Assembly: GCA_963817525.1 (NCBI GenBank)
Contig: CAWFOU010000007.1
Span: 288,001 to 352,000 of the forward strand
Direction of reading: 5' to 3'
Source: an uncultured archaeon
GTDB lineage: Archaea; Thermoproteota; Nitrososphaeria; Nitrososphaerales; Gagatemarchaeaceae
DNA: 64,000 nucleotides
Part shown: positions 51,049 through 60,272 of the stretch, piece after piece
Numbering within the stretch: the stretch's first letter is position 1
Layout: every line of letters begins with the position of its first letter
Notes under the pieces: generated by a model
Told to the model about the DNA's origin: nothing
Seen by the model: the letters and a program-made list of their open reading frames with translations, nothing else
Database searches by the model: none
Made by a program: the position numbers and the translations under genes

Positions 51049-51174
51049 CTACCTAACTTCTTTACAGGTTTTTGAGCCCCCCGCCCTTAACAGTTTGGCT
51101 GATGCGAAGCCGTTTAATATCGAGAAAATGCTTACACTTAGAAATGCCTCGGTAGGATAACCACGGTGCAGCCC

Positions 51175-51222
51175 GCCCAAACCGCCAAGGAACTCCTCTG
51201 TCTAGCTGCTAGTTTGGGGGCT
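51175..51222. repeat. ~47-bp imperfect hairpin repeat, copy B
   Basis: GCCCAAAC...CTGTCTAGCTGCTAGTTTGGGGGCT; central 18 nt 16/18 identical to copy A. Confidence 0.5.
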
Positions 51223-51267
51223 GCTTCTACTACGTAACATGTTCCGCTTCTATTCCCCGATGAATTA

Positions 51268-51797
51268 TTAGCAGATTGAATAGCCAGGTGTAGTGGTCGT
51301 ATCAACTTCAGAGGTTTGACCGTTCGCGAATGTTCCGATTAGACGCACTGAATATGGAAGTCCGCCGCTTAGATCCGAGCAGGTAATTATTCCAGCCACT
51401 GAACAAGGAAGATAATGATTGGGCAGAACGTTCAAACTACAGGTCCCAACCAGGTCCCATCAACGTAGCCCGTCACTTGATTCAGAGTCTCTTGATCACC
51501 GTCCGTTATCGTCATGCCCAATGTGAAATTCGTCATCTCAGCGCAACCATTGGCGTTGTAGGAGAGACAATCAGCAATCTCGACCGTGGTAACAACACCT
51601 GCGCTAAAGGTCGGCTTTGGTGCGGCTAACGCAGTAATTTCCTGAATGCTCGGAAGCCCCTTCCCTTGGGCAGTGTTATGGCTTCTGAAATAGAGGACGA
51701 ACCCGCCTGTCACGGCTGCCGCAGCGATGATAACGAGAAGGGTAATTGCCACCACCTTTCCCGAGACCCCCCCAGCCTTTTCCGGCTCTAGTTCCAA
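51268..51797 (-). CDS. archaeal pilin-like membrane-anchored protein; frameshift near 51442
   Basis: KAGGVSGKVVAITLLVII resembles a class III signal peptide; continues in another frame as CSLNVLPNHYLPC...YSVRLIGTFANGQ...IC*. Confidence 0.5.
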
Positions 51798-51991
51798 ATC
51801 TTGCCGTTCTGTTTCAAGATGTTGCGATTATTAGGTGATGTGGATTTCAAATCGATGTTTTGACCTCGATTAGGGATGTGACAAGGGCACCCCGGCCTGA
51901 GTTAGGTCTGAATCGAACATTGTTTTTCACTAGCCGTTGCCCGTGGTTTTGGGCACTAGGTTAAATCGGGTTTCTGATTTGAGTTGGGACA

Positions 51992-52717
51992 TTGGCAGGA
52001 TCGCAGGACGCGAACGAAGAGTTGTTTCGCAAAGGCCTAGAGGGGAAATTCCGTATGATAGAGAGTCTAGCAATCGGTCACCTGAAGAATAGTTGGGCCG
52101 AGTATCACTCAGGAGAATTTGACGCCGCCTCGGGCATAGTTACCACCTATCGAGCGGCTCGCAAATCCTTCGAAGAGCACACGAAGGAAACGCGACTCTT
52201 GGAGGACATTCCGGTTCCAACTCCCGGCTCAACCGGCGATTATCGGGACACCAAACGGCAGATCCGAATGGTGATTTCGAACTCTGCTGCTGCGGTTGCT
52301 TTCCTTACGAGAGGTGAACAGAAGGTTCCGGCAGATGTTAGAAACAAGCTCGACGCCCTCCTAGAACAGATTGCGGACGTGCAAAAACTGAGCCCCAATC
52401 TCCACGTGCATTTGGCCGAGTCAGTGAAAGAGCACGAGGCTACACATTATCTCGCCTCATCAGTTTTGGCCGCCAAATCTATTGATTATGTTCTCTCTAA
52501 ACTTCCCGGCGACAACGAGATCGGAAAGGCGGATTTCCTAGTCTCCAAGGGCCTGTTGAAAAAGGAACTGAAAGACGGATGGGTTCTAACTTGGAAGAAG
52601 GCGAGGAACTACTATGTGCATGACTTGTCGGCAATCCCAGCGTCCCCTGAATCTCTGTCTCTCGTCACGCAGGCTTGCGAGCTTGCATTGGCATACACCA
52701 AAGCCAATCTTTCGTGA
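51992..52717 (+). CDS. HEPN-like (DUF4145-type) protein
   Basis: YLASSVLAAKSID...KARNYYVH (R-x4-H). Confidence 0.55.
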   Translation: MAGSQDANEELFRKGLEGKFRMIESLAIGHLKNSWAEYHSGEFDAASGIVTTYRAARKSFEEHTKETRLLEDIPVPTPGSTGDYRDTKRQIRMVISNSAAAVAFLTRGEQKVPADVRNKLDALLEQIADVQKLSPNLHVHLAESVKEHEATHYLASSVLAAKSIDYVLSKLPGDNEIGKADFLVSKGLLKKELKDGWVLTWKKARNYYVHDLSAIPASPESLSLVTQACELALAYTKANLS

Positions 52718-52894
52718 TTCTCTAACGTGCCGATCTCAGACCGCCCCGGTAGATAGGGTTCGACCAACTCGTATGCCCTGCTGATAATTTCCATCTTGTT
52801 CTCCGCAATCCTCTTCCCGGTCGCAAGTCCCGGTCCGGATCCGACGGGGGCCGTTGGCGAGAATACATGAGTGATTGAACTATAGGCTTTAGAC

Positions 52895-53383
52895 TCAAGG
52901 ATTTACGATCAGTAAGACCAATTGAATCGCCACCGAGAATATGAGGACGATTACAGACATCTGATTTTGGCGACTTTGAATCATGTTGGAATACATCTGG
53001 TCAAAAAGCGCCCAGTTTGCCGTAGGAGAGGAATTCATGACAATCCTGTGATCCAATCTGACTTCTCTCGTCATGCTGTTTCCTGTTGTGGATAGATCGC
53101 CAATGGCAGAATCCTTGTCAACCTCTTCCCAAGACACTTTTCTGAATGTATAATCCAATCCAGTTAGCCGAATCAACCAGTAGTAATTCTGACTCTTTGA
53201 GACCTTCCCTTTTTTGATAAGCTCGTTGATAGCCCCAGAAGCCTTCCAATATCTTCTATCAAAGATACGCGCCATCTTGAGGTACAAGTCCGTCGAGACA
53301 GTGATTACCGCAGCAAAAAGAGCGATTAGAATCGAAAGAATCTTAAGACCAAGGATTATTTCAGAGCAGCCAATTGACATCAA
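52895..53383 (-). CDS. AT-rich 2-TM membrane protein
   Basis: N- and C-terminal hydrophobic helices; AT-rich codons. Confidence 0.5.
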   Translation of the reverse strand: MMSIGCSEIILGLKILSILIALFAAVITVSTDLYLKMARIFDRRYWKASGAINELIKKGKVSKSQNYYWLIRLTGLDYTFRKVSWEEVDKDSAIGDLSTTGNSMTREVRLDHRIVMNSSPTANWALFDQMYSNMIQSRQNQMSVIVLIFSVAIQLVLLIVNP

Positions 53384-53691
53384 CCCTCTAGGAATCTCCT
53401 CGCAAATGTGGCAATCAGCATCGCCTCGAGGAAGGGGGCTGCCTTGACACGGCCAGTGAAGGGCGCACGGGCATCTCTTTCAAATCGGACTCAGGCGACT
53501 CCACCGGAAACTCGCTTCCTGGTCAACTTAAACGCTGATATATCAGGCCAGGAAGGACTTTTCCTGCTTCACGGACGAGTCAGGCCGGATTGCTCAGGGA
53601 ACCTGCAGCATGGGTAAATATTACGACCCGCGGGACCTTATTCTGCGTTTATCCCCGCACTATCCGCTGATTCAATATCTTGGATGAAGCT

Positions 53692-53961
53692 TCATTGCTT
53701 CAGCATCTCTGCAACAGCCTTTCTGGTGCCAGCCTTGGCCCACGCTATCTCCTCTTTCACCTGCTTCCTGCTCTTAGTTTGCGTCTGCAGCTTGGAAGTT
53801 ATTGACTCGAGTTCGGCCATCCGTTCATCATTATACAGCCTCCGCTTAGTCGCGACGCGAATAAGTTCATCCCTCGTCATACGCTCTCCAGTCCCAGACA
53901 GCACCTCGATACGCCTCGAGACCTTCGGCCGAGTCGAGTGGTTCCCGGCGTGCGGCGTCAT
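53692..53961 (-). CDS. small basic hypothetical protein coupled to the DUF2283 gene
   Basis: ATGA overlap with 53958..54173. Confidence 0.5.
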   Translation of the reverse strand: MTPHAGNHSTRPKVSRRIEVLSGTGERMTRDELIRVATKRRLYNDERMAELESITSKLQTQTKSRKQVKEEIAWAKAGTRKAVAEMLKQ

Positions 53962-54173
53962 TCCGATATCTCCACCTTCATCTCCTTCTTGGCGGTGAAG
54001 TAACGACTGAAGTTCGTGATTGTAACTCCTCTGATCTTGTTGGTCTTCGGGTCGCGCCTGACCAGCACATAATCATCAACCTCCTCTGAGACAGAAGGCC
54101 GCGGCTTCCCGAAGCTCAGGTACGCGACATCGGCCTCCTTGTCATAGCTGATGATTAGCTTGCTTTTCTCCAT
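53958..54173 (-). CDS. DUF2283 protein (putative antitoxin)
   Basis: ISYDKEADVAYLSF...RRDPKTNKIRGVTI. Confidence 0.85.
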   Translation of the reverse strand: MEKSKLIISYDKEADVAYLSFGKPRPSVSEEVDDYVLVRRDPKTNKIRGVTITNFSRYFTAKKEMKVEISE

Positions 54174-54469
54174 ACCACCTTCTTCCTCTTTACATTCTCA
54201 GTGAAGTACGCCGTCAGTATAAATCCTTCTCCATTCAACTGCTTGATCACGACTGCAAGGTACTTCGATGTCACCGCCGTCTTATTGAAGAACCTGTAGA
54301 GAATCCTGGTATCGTCAGTAGCACCAGTCGCCACCAGCTCCGGCTCCGAAAGCGCGAGTTCGATCTTGTGTTCATCGACCATCACTTCGGGATGGAAGAA
54401 AGCAATGTGTAGTCTCTGGATTTCAGTGAATCTTATCTTTCTGCCATCATAGGCAACAAAGTGGTCCAT
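54155..54469 (-). CDS. putative toxin (DUF4258/BECR-fold RNase-like)
   Basis: HIAFFHPE...LSEPE...YLAVVIK...GFILTAY; overlaps the DUF2283 gene; ATG at 54469. Confidence 0.7.
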   Translation of the reverse strand: MDHFVAYDGRKIRFTEIQRLHIAFFHPEVMVDEHKIELALSEPELVATGATDDTRILYRFFNKTAVTSKYLAVVIKQLNGEGFILTAYFTENVKRKKVVWRKAS

Positions 54470-54479
54470 CCGGTTGTCA

Positions 54480-55745
54480 CTACATTGGTAACTTAACGAC
54501 AACGTCTGAGTCGGGAAGCTGAGCGAGATATTCCCAGCCCTGACCAATATGAGCTTTCAGCTCGCTGATAGGAATCACCTTCTGTCTGTTCCCGTTGTTG
54601 GCCATGGCTCCGAGCAGCTTCTCTCGCACCATCTTCTGAAAGTCCTCGTCCTTCATGCTCGACAGGTCCAGCTTGTCGACCTGCTCCTGGGTGTAGCCGG
54701 CGATTTGTATCAGCGTCTCTCGCTTGAAGGACTGCTTGATCTCCTCTTGGCTCATCCCTCGCTTGCGCAGCATTATCGTGACCGCTTCCATGCCTTTGAG
54801 ATAGAACTCTCTCATCTGGTCTTCCGTGTATCGCCTGTACGCGGAGTCGAGGAAGAGCTTGTGCCCCATCAGCGCCTCGGCAATGTCCCTTCCCAATGGC
54901 TGAAGCATCTGCGTGAAGAAGAACTTCCTCAGGCAGTGGATGTGGATGGTAGCCCTCCCCTGGTCGTCCTTCTCCCCCAGTCCGGAGTTCTTCAGCGCCA
55001 ACGAGAAGATGTGGTCCGCGTTCCAGTAGGACATCGGGAGGTTTCCGGTCTTGTGCTCCTGTCCACGGGTTGACGTCGGGAAGATGTAGTCGCTGGGATT
55101 GTTGATCCGGTCGAGGAGGAATTCCTTCAAGAACGTGACCGCCTCGTCGCTGATGAAGCAATATCTCGGCTGTCTGTCCTTTGTCACCTCTGCCCTAAGG
55201 TGTATCGTCGCTGGGTTCTTGGACAGATCGATATCCTTCACCCTGAGAGTAAGGAACTCTCCCACCCTCATCCCGCTCGAAGCCAGCATTGTGACAAGGG
55301 CCTTTCCGCGGGCATCCGTGTGCGTGAGGACGCTCCTGAGCTCTTCCTGCGTCGGGACCCTGTCGGCGGTGACCGCGTGATACCTAGGGAGGTCCACCTT
55401 GACCCTCATCTTGGCGTTGTCCAGATCAAAGTCGTTAATGGCGAGGAACTTCTTCACGGCCGTGATTCGATTCCTGAGGGAGTTTGGCGCGAACTTGTCC
55501 TTGAGCATCCATGCCACATATCCGTCGATGACCTTGTAGACGTCGTTCTTTCTCATGTAGGCCAATGCGTCGTTGGGGAGCATCTCGAGGTAGCTGCAAA
55601 AGTCCATCATCCCTCCGGTGGCGTTCTCGATGCTCTTCTTGGAGCCCCGCCTCCCCACTTTCTCTAGGTAGGTCTTGAGCTGAACGACTACCTCGTCCCG
55701 ATGATCTCTCCTCCACTCGTACGCTCTCCTGTTTAGGACCTTCAT
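54480..55745 (-). CDS. tyrosine recombinase/integrase (intact, not split)
   Basis: SSGMRVGE (R), TKDR (K), HCLRK (H-x-x-R), LMGH, AY (catalytic Tyr). Confidence 0.93.
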   Translation of the reverse strand: MKVLNRRAYEWRRDHRDEVVVQLKTYLEKVGRRGSKKSIENATGGMMDFCSYLEMLPNDALAYMRKNDVYKVIDGYVAWMLKDKFAPNSLRNRITAVKKFLAINDFDLDNAKMRVKVDLPRYHAVTADRVPTQEELRSVLTHTDARGKALVTMLASSGMRVGEFLTLRVKDIDLSKNPATIHLRAEVTKDRQPRYCFISDEAVTFLKEFLLDRINNPSDYIFPTSTRGQEHKTGNLPMSYWNADHIFSLALKNSGLGEKDDQGRATIHIHCLRKFFFTQMLQPLGRDIAEALMGHKLFLDSAYRRYTEDQMREFYLKGMEAVTIMLRKRGMSQEEIKQSFKRETLIQIAGYTQEQVDKLDLSSMKDEDFQKMVREKLLGAMANNGNRQKVIPISELKAHIGQGWEYLAQLPDSDVVVKLPM

Positions 55746-55789
55746 GCAGGTCGGGACCTAGCTCCAGCCCGCATTTAAGCCTTGACAGG

Positions 55790-55826
55790 TAGCAGTTAAC
55801 TGCTAGATGTCGAAGTAGAGGTAGTA
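55790..55826. repeat. att site at the glnA 3' end with palindrome
   Basis: TAGCAG-TTAA-CTGCTA (55790-55805) overlaps the glnA stop; core ATGTCGAAGT at 55807-55816. Confidence 0.8.
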
Positions 55827-57266
55827 CTCGTACGGGACGGGCCTCGCCGCGACCGCCTTTGCGTTGGCCGAGCCGAGCTCGATGATCATGTCGACCATGT
55901 CCTTGCTGAAGATTCCGTCGAGGAAGCTCGAGTCGCTCTGGAGCGCCTCCAGCGACTCGAAGAGGCTCGTGGGGAGGTTCTTGACCCCGAAGGCCTTCTT
56001 CTTCTCTGGGGTGAGGTGGTAGATATCCTCGTTGACCGGGCTCCCCGGGTCGATCTTCTTCTTGATGCCGTCGAGCCCCGCGGCCAGGATCGCCGCGAAG
56101 GCGAGGTACGGATTGGCGGAGGGGTCGGGGGTCCTGAACTCGGCCCTCTTCCGCTTCTCCTCGTTGGCTCCCTTGTGGTAGACCGGTATCCTGACGTTGG
56201 CGGAGCGGTTGGCCTTGCTCCACGCGATGTAGATGGGGGCCTCATACCCTGGGACGAGCCTGCGGTAGGAGTTGGTCGTCGGGTTGGTGATGGCGGTCAG
56301 CGCGCGGCTGTGTGCCAGGAGGCCTCCCACGTAGTAGCGCCCGACCTGGCTGAGCTCCGCGTAGCTGTCCCCCGAGTCGTAGAACGCGTTCTTCGAGCCC
56401 TTCCATAGGCTCGAAGAGACGTGCATGCCCGAGGCGTTGTCGCCGAAGATGGGCTTGGGCATCACCGAGGCGATGAGGCCCCTCCTCGCGGCGATGTTCT
56501 TTATCACGAACTTGTAGCTGAGGACGCTGTCGGCCATCGGGACTAGAGTGTCCCTGTACATGTCGATCTCGCATTGGCCGGCGGTGGCCACCTCGTGGTG
56601 GTGCGCGTCGTTGATCACGCCGAAGCTCTCGTCGAGGAGGTATGCGACCTCGCTGCGGTAGTCCTGCAGGGTGTCCTGCGGGGGGGCCGGGTAGTAGCCC
56701 TCCTTCCACCTGATGGGGAAGTTGGTGCCCCTGGCCTCGACCGCGCTCTCCACCGACGTCACCTTGAAGCTGTTATCGAACGGGTTGTGCACCGACCAGG
56801 TCGCGCTGTCGAAGACGAAGAACTCTATCTCTGGGCCCCAGTACGAGTCGGTGAAGCCCGCCTTCCTAGCAGCCTCCTCGGCCTTTTGAGCGATGTACCT
56901 TGGGTCCCGGGAGAACCTGCCCTTGCCGAATCCCCACTGGATGTCGCAGATGAGCCTCCCGGTCGGGTACCTCTCATCCCCCCATGGGATGATTGCCCAT
57001 GTGTCTGCGTCAGGGGTGAGGAGCATGTCCGACTCGTAAATCTCCGCGAAGCCCTTGATCGAGGAGCCGTCCAGCTTGGCGATGCCGACCTCGAACATGT
57101 CCTCGTCGATCATGTTTAGCGGGATGGAGACGTGCTGGGTGCGTCCAGGGACGTCCATGAACTGCAAGTCGACGAACTTTATGTTCTTCTCCTTGATCTC
57201 GGCCATAACCTGCTTGGGAGTCCTCTTCCGCGGGACTAGGCCCTTCGGAGTGTGGTCAAACGGCAT
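55803..57266 (-). CDS. glnA: glutamine synthetase type I
   Basis: DGSSI, GPEIEFF, HHHEVA, MPKP...NASGMH, NSYRRLVPGYEAP, NRSANVRIP, EFRTPDPSANPY. Confidence 0.97.
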   Translation of the reverse strand: MPFDHTPKGLVPRKRTPKQVMAEIKEKNIKFVDLQFMDVPGRTQHVSIPLNMIDEDMFEVGIAKLDGSSIKGFAEIYESDMLLTPDADTWAIIPWGDERYPTGRLICDIQWGFGKGRFSRDPRYIAQKAEEAARKAGFTDSYWGPEIEFFVFDSATWSVHNPFDNSFKVTSVESAVEARGTNFPIRWKEGYYPAPPQDTLQDYRSEVAYLLDESFGVINDAHHHEVATAGQCEIDMYRDTLVPMADSVLSYKFVIKNIAARRGLIASVMPKPIFGDNASGMHVSSSLWKGSKNAFYDSGDSYAELSQVGRYYVGGLLAHSRALTAITNPTTNSYRRLVPGYEAPIYIAWSKANRSANVRIPVYHKGANEEKRKRAEFRTPDPSANPYLAFAAILAAGLDGIKKKIDPGSPVNEDIYHLTPEKKKAFGVKNLPTSLFESLEALQSDSSFLDGIFSKDMVDMIIELGSANAKAVAARPVPYEYYLYFDI

Positions 57267-57382
57267 TGAGGCCCGGTCGGCCTCAAACGTGATATAAATC
57301 TTGCCTTCTCACGTTTGCGCTTGTTTACATATACGTGATAAAAGTTATCAAATGGCTAATATATGGGCGCCTCTGATAGCAA

Positions 57383-57838
57383 ATGCTATTGGACAACCTT
57401 GACCGCATAATCCTGAAGGAGCTCATGCTCGACGCAAGGCAGTCCTTCAGGGACCTCTCGAAGAAGTCCCACGCCTCGGTGGTCACCGTGGCGCAGCGGG
57501 TCAGGAAGATGGAAAAAGCAGGGGTGATAAAAGGCTACTCCGCCCAGGTTAGCTCGGAGCAGCTGGGGTACGAGATAACGACGGTCACCGAGGTCACGGT
57601 CTCAAAGGGGAAGGTTCTCGAGGTGGAGAAGGAGATCGCGAAGCTCTCACACGTCTGCGCGGTCTACGACGTGACCGGAGAAGAGGACAGCATAATCATC
57701 TGCAAGTTCAAGAACAGGGAGGAGCTCAGCAACTTTGCCAAGGAGGTCCTCGCCCTCCCGCACGTGGAGAGGACGAACACGCACGTGGTGCTCAACACCA
57801 CCAAGGAAGACTTCCGGAGCCCGTTCATCCTCGAGTGA
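57383..57838 (+). CDS. Lrp/AsnC transcriptional regulator divergent from glnA
   Basis: LDNLDRIILKELMLDARQS...GVIKGY...VTGEED...ERTNT. Confidence 0.92.
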   Translation: MLLDNLDRIILKELMLDARQSFRDLSKKSHASVVTVAQRVRKMEKAGVIKGYSAQVSSEQLGYEITTVTEVTVSKGKVLEVEKEIAKLSHVCAVYDVTGEEDSIIICKFKNREELSNFAKEVLALPHVERTNTHVVLNTTKEDFRSPFILE

Positions 57839-57846
57839 CCGGCCGG

Positions 57847-58239
57847 CTAGCTCACTAGGGGCGACACCACGAACATGCTGAGCATCAGGATGGCAAGGAC
57901 CGTCGCGGTTATCGCCACAAAGGCGTAACTCCTCTCCTCCGCGAAGAGGGCAATCGAGATGACCACCCTCGCCACCGGGGTCGCCAGGAGGACGACCAGC
58001 CCGAGGTCGATGATCGCATATGGCTTTGCCGCCTCGACCCCCTGGACGAGGGGGACGAGCCCGACGAGGAACTTGTCCTGGGTGCCGGAGAGCTGCTGCG
58101 CGGCCCCGAGCGGGTAGTAACCCGTCTGGCCCTCGAAGAAGAGTAGGAGCGAGCCAAGGGCGACGAGGGCGAAGGAGGCTATGACGCCGTAGCGCAGCAC
58201 GTAGCCGATGACCGCCTTGAACCTGAGCTCGGTCGCCAT
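57847..58239 (-). CDS. DUF1634 membrane protein
   Basis: VLRYGV...LGLVVLLATPVARV; follows the TauE gene. Confidence 0.85.
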   Translation of the reverse strand: MATELRFKAVIGYVLRYGVIASFALVALGSLLLFFEGQTGYYPLGAAQQLSGTQDKFLVGLVPLVQGVEAAKPYAIIDLGLVVLLATPVARVVISIALFAEERSYAFVAITATVLAILMLSMFVVSPLVS

Positions 58240-58243
58240 CCCT

Positions 58244-59107
58244 CTACACCCCGTGGAGGAGCATCTCGACCGCGAGGACCACGATGACCGGGACGAACAC
58301 CTTCCTTATCGAGGAGTTACTTGCCCTCACGAGGATCCTCGTGCCGGGGACCGAGCCCAGCACGACGCCCATCATGACCGGGGCGGCGAGAAAGGGGTTG
58401 ATGTATCCGCCCAGGTAGAATATCCCCGTGCTCGCGGCGGCCGTGACCCCGATCATGAAGTTGCTCGTCGTGGAGGAGACCTTCATGGGGAGCTTCATCC
58501 CTACGTCTAGCGCGAGGACCTTCAACGCCCCGCTCCCGATCCCGAGGAGGCCGGAGACGAGTCCGGCCACATACATTATGACGAGCCCAAGGGGCGAGCG
58601 GGTCGCCCGATACTGGACGTCCATGCCCAAGGCCTTGTCGTGGTATTCCCCCTTCAGCCCCAGCCTCGCGCTGATCGCGTCCGGGGCGATGCCAGCCGGA
58701 AGCTCCTCGCCAATCCTCCTCAGGAGCGGGAGCACCGAGAGCAGGAGCACGATGCCGAAGGTCACGTAGACGACCCCCTCGAGGTGGGCCCTCGCCAGGG
58801 CGATGGTCAGGACAGCGCCCATCACTGCCCCCGTCGTGGTGGCGACCTCCAAGAACATCCCTATCCGGAGGTTGGTGATCCCGTCCTTGACGTAGGCCGA
58901 CGCAGCGCCGCTAGAGGTCGCGATGACGGAGACGATGCTCGCCCCGATGGCGAAGAGGGGCGGGACGCCGAGGAATATCGTCAGGATGGGGACCATGACC
59001 ACGCCCCCGCCCAACCCCAGGAGGGAGCCGAGCAACCCGGCGAGGAACGCCGAGGCCAATACTACGAGGAAGAACTCCAGCGGGTCCAAGGTCGAGGCCC
59101 ACTCCAA
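58244..59107 (-). CDS. sulfite exporter TauE/SafE family protein
   Basis: GLGGGVVMVP, GLLGIGSG, STTSNFMIGVTAA. Confidence 0.9.
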   Translation of the reverse strand: MEWASTLDPLEFFLVVLASAFLAGLLGSLLGLGGGVVMVPILTIFLGVPPLFAIGASIVSVIATSSGAASAYVKDGITNLRIGMFLEVATTTGAVMGAVLTIALARAHLEGVVYVTFGIVLLLSVLPLLRRIGEELPAGIAPDAISARLGLKGEYHDKALGMDVQYRATRSPLGLVIMYVAGLVSGLLGIGSGALKVLALDVGMKLPMKVSSTTSNFMIGVTAAASTGIFYLGGYINPFLAAPVMMGVVLGSVPGTRILVRASNSSIRKVFVPVIVVLAVEMLLHGV

Positions 59108-59110
59108 TGC

Positions 59111-59716
59111 TCAACGGCGCGCCCCGACCAGTCCGAGGCTCGAGAGCTGCGAGCTCAGGGGGGCGATGCTCCCGGGATCCCTTTCGATGACCCTCTGGAG
59201 GGCCTCTCCGTAGAGCGTGATGATGAGCGACTCCCTGTCGCCCTTGAAGGGGCGGCCCTCCTGCTCCTTGGCCACCTCGGCGAGGGAGTAGGCCAGGCGG
59301 TCTGCGATTGCCTCCATCTCGCTGCTGGTCAGGGCTATCGTGATTCCTCTTAGAGCACTCAGGACTGCGAACACGCCCCTCAACCGCTCGAGATTGACGG
59401 CGAGGAAGTACCTTCGCAGGTCGAGCGGCACCTTGCCGTAATCCGCTATGAAGTAGAGCGCGTCGGCGGCGTAAAAATTCTGGATGATGCCGTGCCTCTC
59501 GGCCTCCCTCCTGACCACCTTTACCAGGCCGGCGGCCTTGAGCTCCTTCAGGTGGTAGTAAACCGACGGGTCGGAGATGCCGAGGCGGTCCGCGAGCATC
59601 TTCTGGGTGAGCTCCTCTTCCGCGAGGTGCCGGAGGATCTGCCTCTTGGCAGGGTCCACCAGCAGTTTGGCCACCTTCTGGTCGGAGACGACTCTGGTGG
59701 CGGTCCTGGGGGGCAT
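59111..59716 (-). CDS. ArsR-family HTH regulator
   Basis: DPAKRQIL...LADRLGISDPSVYYHLKELKAAGLV. Confidence 0.85.
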   Translation of the reverse strand: MPPRTATRVVSDQKVAKLLVDPAKRQILRHLAEEELTQKMLADRLGISDPSVYYHLKELKAAGLVKVVRREAERHGIIQNFYAADALYFIADYGKVPLDLRRYFLAVNLERLRGVFAVLSALRGITIALTSSEMEAIADRLAYSLAEVAKEQEGRPFKGDRESLIITLYGEALQRVIERDPGSIAPLSSQLSSLGLVGARR

Positions 59717-59879
59717 TATGATTAGGCTAGCCTAATCGATTATATAAGGCTAAACGTTTGGGGGGGCAGCGGCATCCAGAAGTCTCTTGCCGGCGAGCCC
59801 AGAGCCAACACCCCACAATCGATTGGAGCTGAAGAAACCCCCACAATTCATATACCCGACCAGACGCCAAAAACGCGAT

Positions 59880-60215
59880 TTGCATAGAGAGAATCCCGGA
59901 CTCCCCGACTACAAGATCGTGGTCGACGACGTGACCGGGGGGGAGATCGCGAACATCATCAAGGGCTACATCGCGGTGAACGGTGAGAAGATACGCTTCA
60001 AGGGGATCGCCTATGGGCGCTACGGAGGGCAGAACGTCGCACCGAGGCTCTCCCCGATGTCGAAGAAGAAGGTAAAGGCGGTCTTCGGCGACGTTTCAAA
60101 GTTCGAGGAAGACCTCCAGCAGAAGCTCGTGAGTGGAGACTTTGAGATCGACCAGGCCGCCGCGGAGGCCTCGAAGAAGAAGGAAGAGCTTGAGCACCAC
60201 CACACGCACTCGTGA
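59880..60215 (+). CDS. conserved hypothetical protein
   Basis: Host-like codon usage in the 3' part of ORF 59787..60215; start codon uncertain. Confidence 0.55.
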   Translation: MHRENPGLPDYKIVVDDVTGGEIANIIKGYIAVNGEKIRFKGIAYGRYGGQNVAPRLSPMSKKKVKAVFGDVSKFEEDLQQKLVSGDFEIDQAAAEASKKKEELEHHHTHS

Positions 60216-60272
60216 AACCCGTGATTTACAAGTCAATGCTCAGGGCGCCTTCGTCGGGGACGGGCTGAAACA

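Larger units (their letters stand above)
42971..55826. mobile_element. ~12.8-kb integrative element / defence island inserted at the glnA 3' end
   Basis: Integrase next to the glnA end, att direct repeats at both ends, defence and TA cargo, mosaic composition. Confidence 0.85.

Noticed and set aside
53647-53658. GTTTATCCCCGC, matching part of a type I-E CRISPR repeat
   Set aside because: Single 12-nt match with no periodic repeats, spacers or cas genes.
54480-55745. Integron integrase (IntI) with attC cassettes
   Set aside because: No IntI-specific insertion recognised, and no RYYYAAC/GTTRRRY-bounded attC series between the cargo genes.
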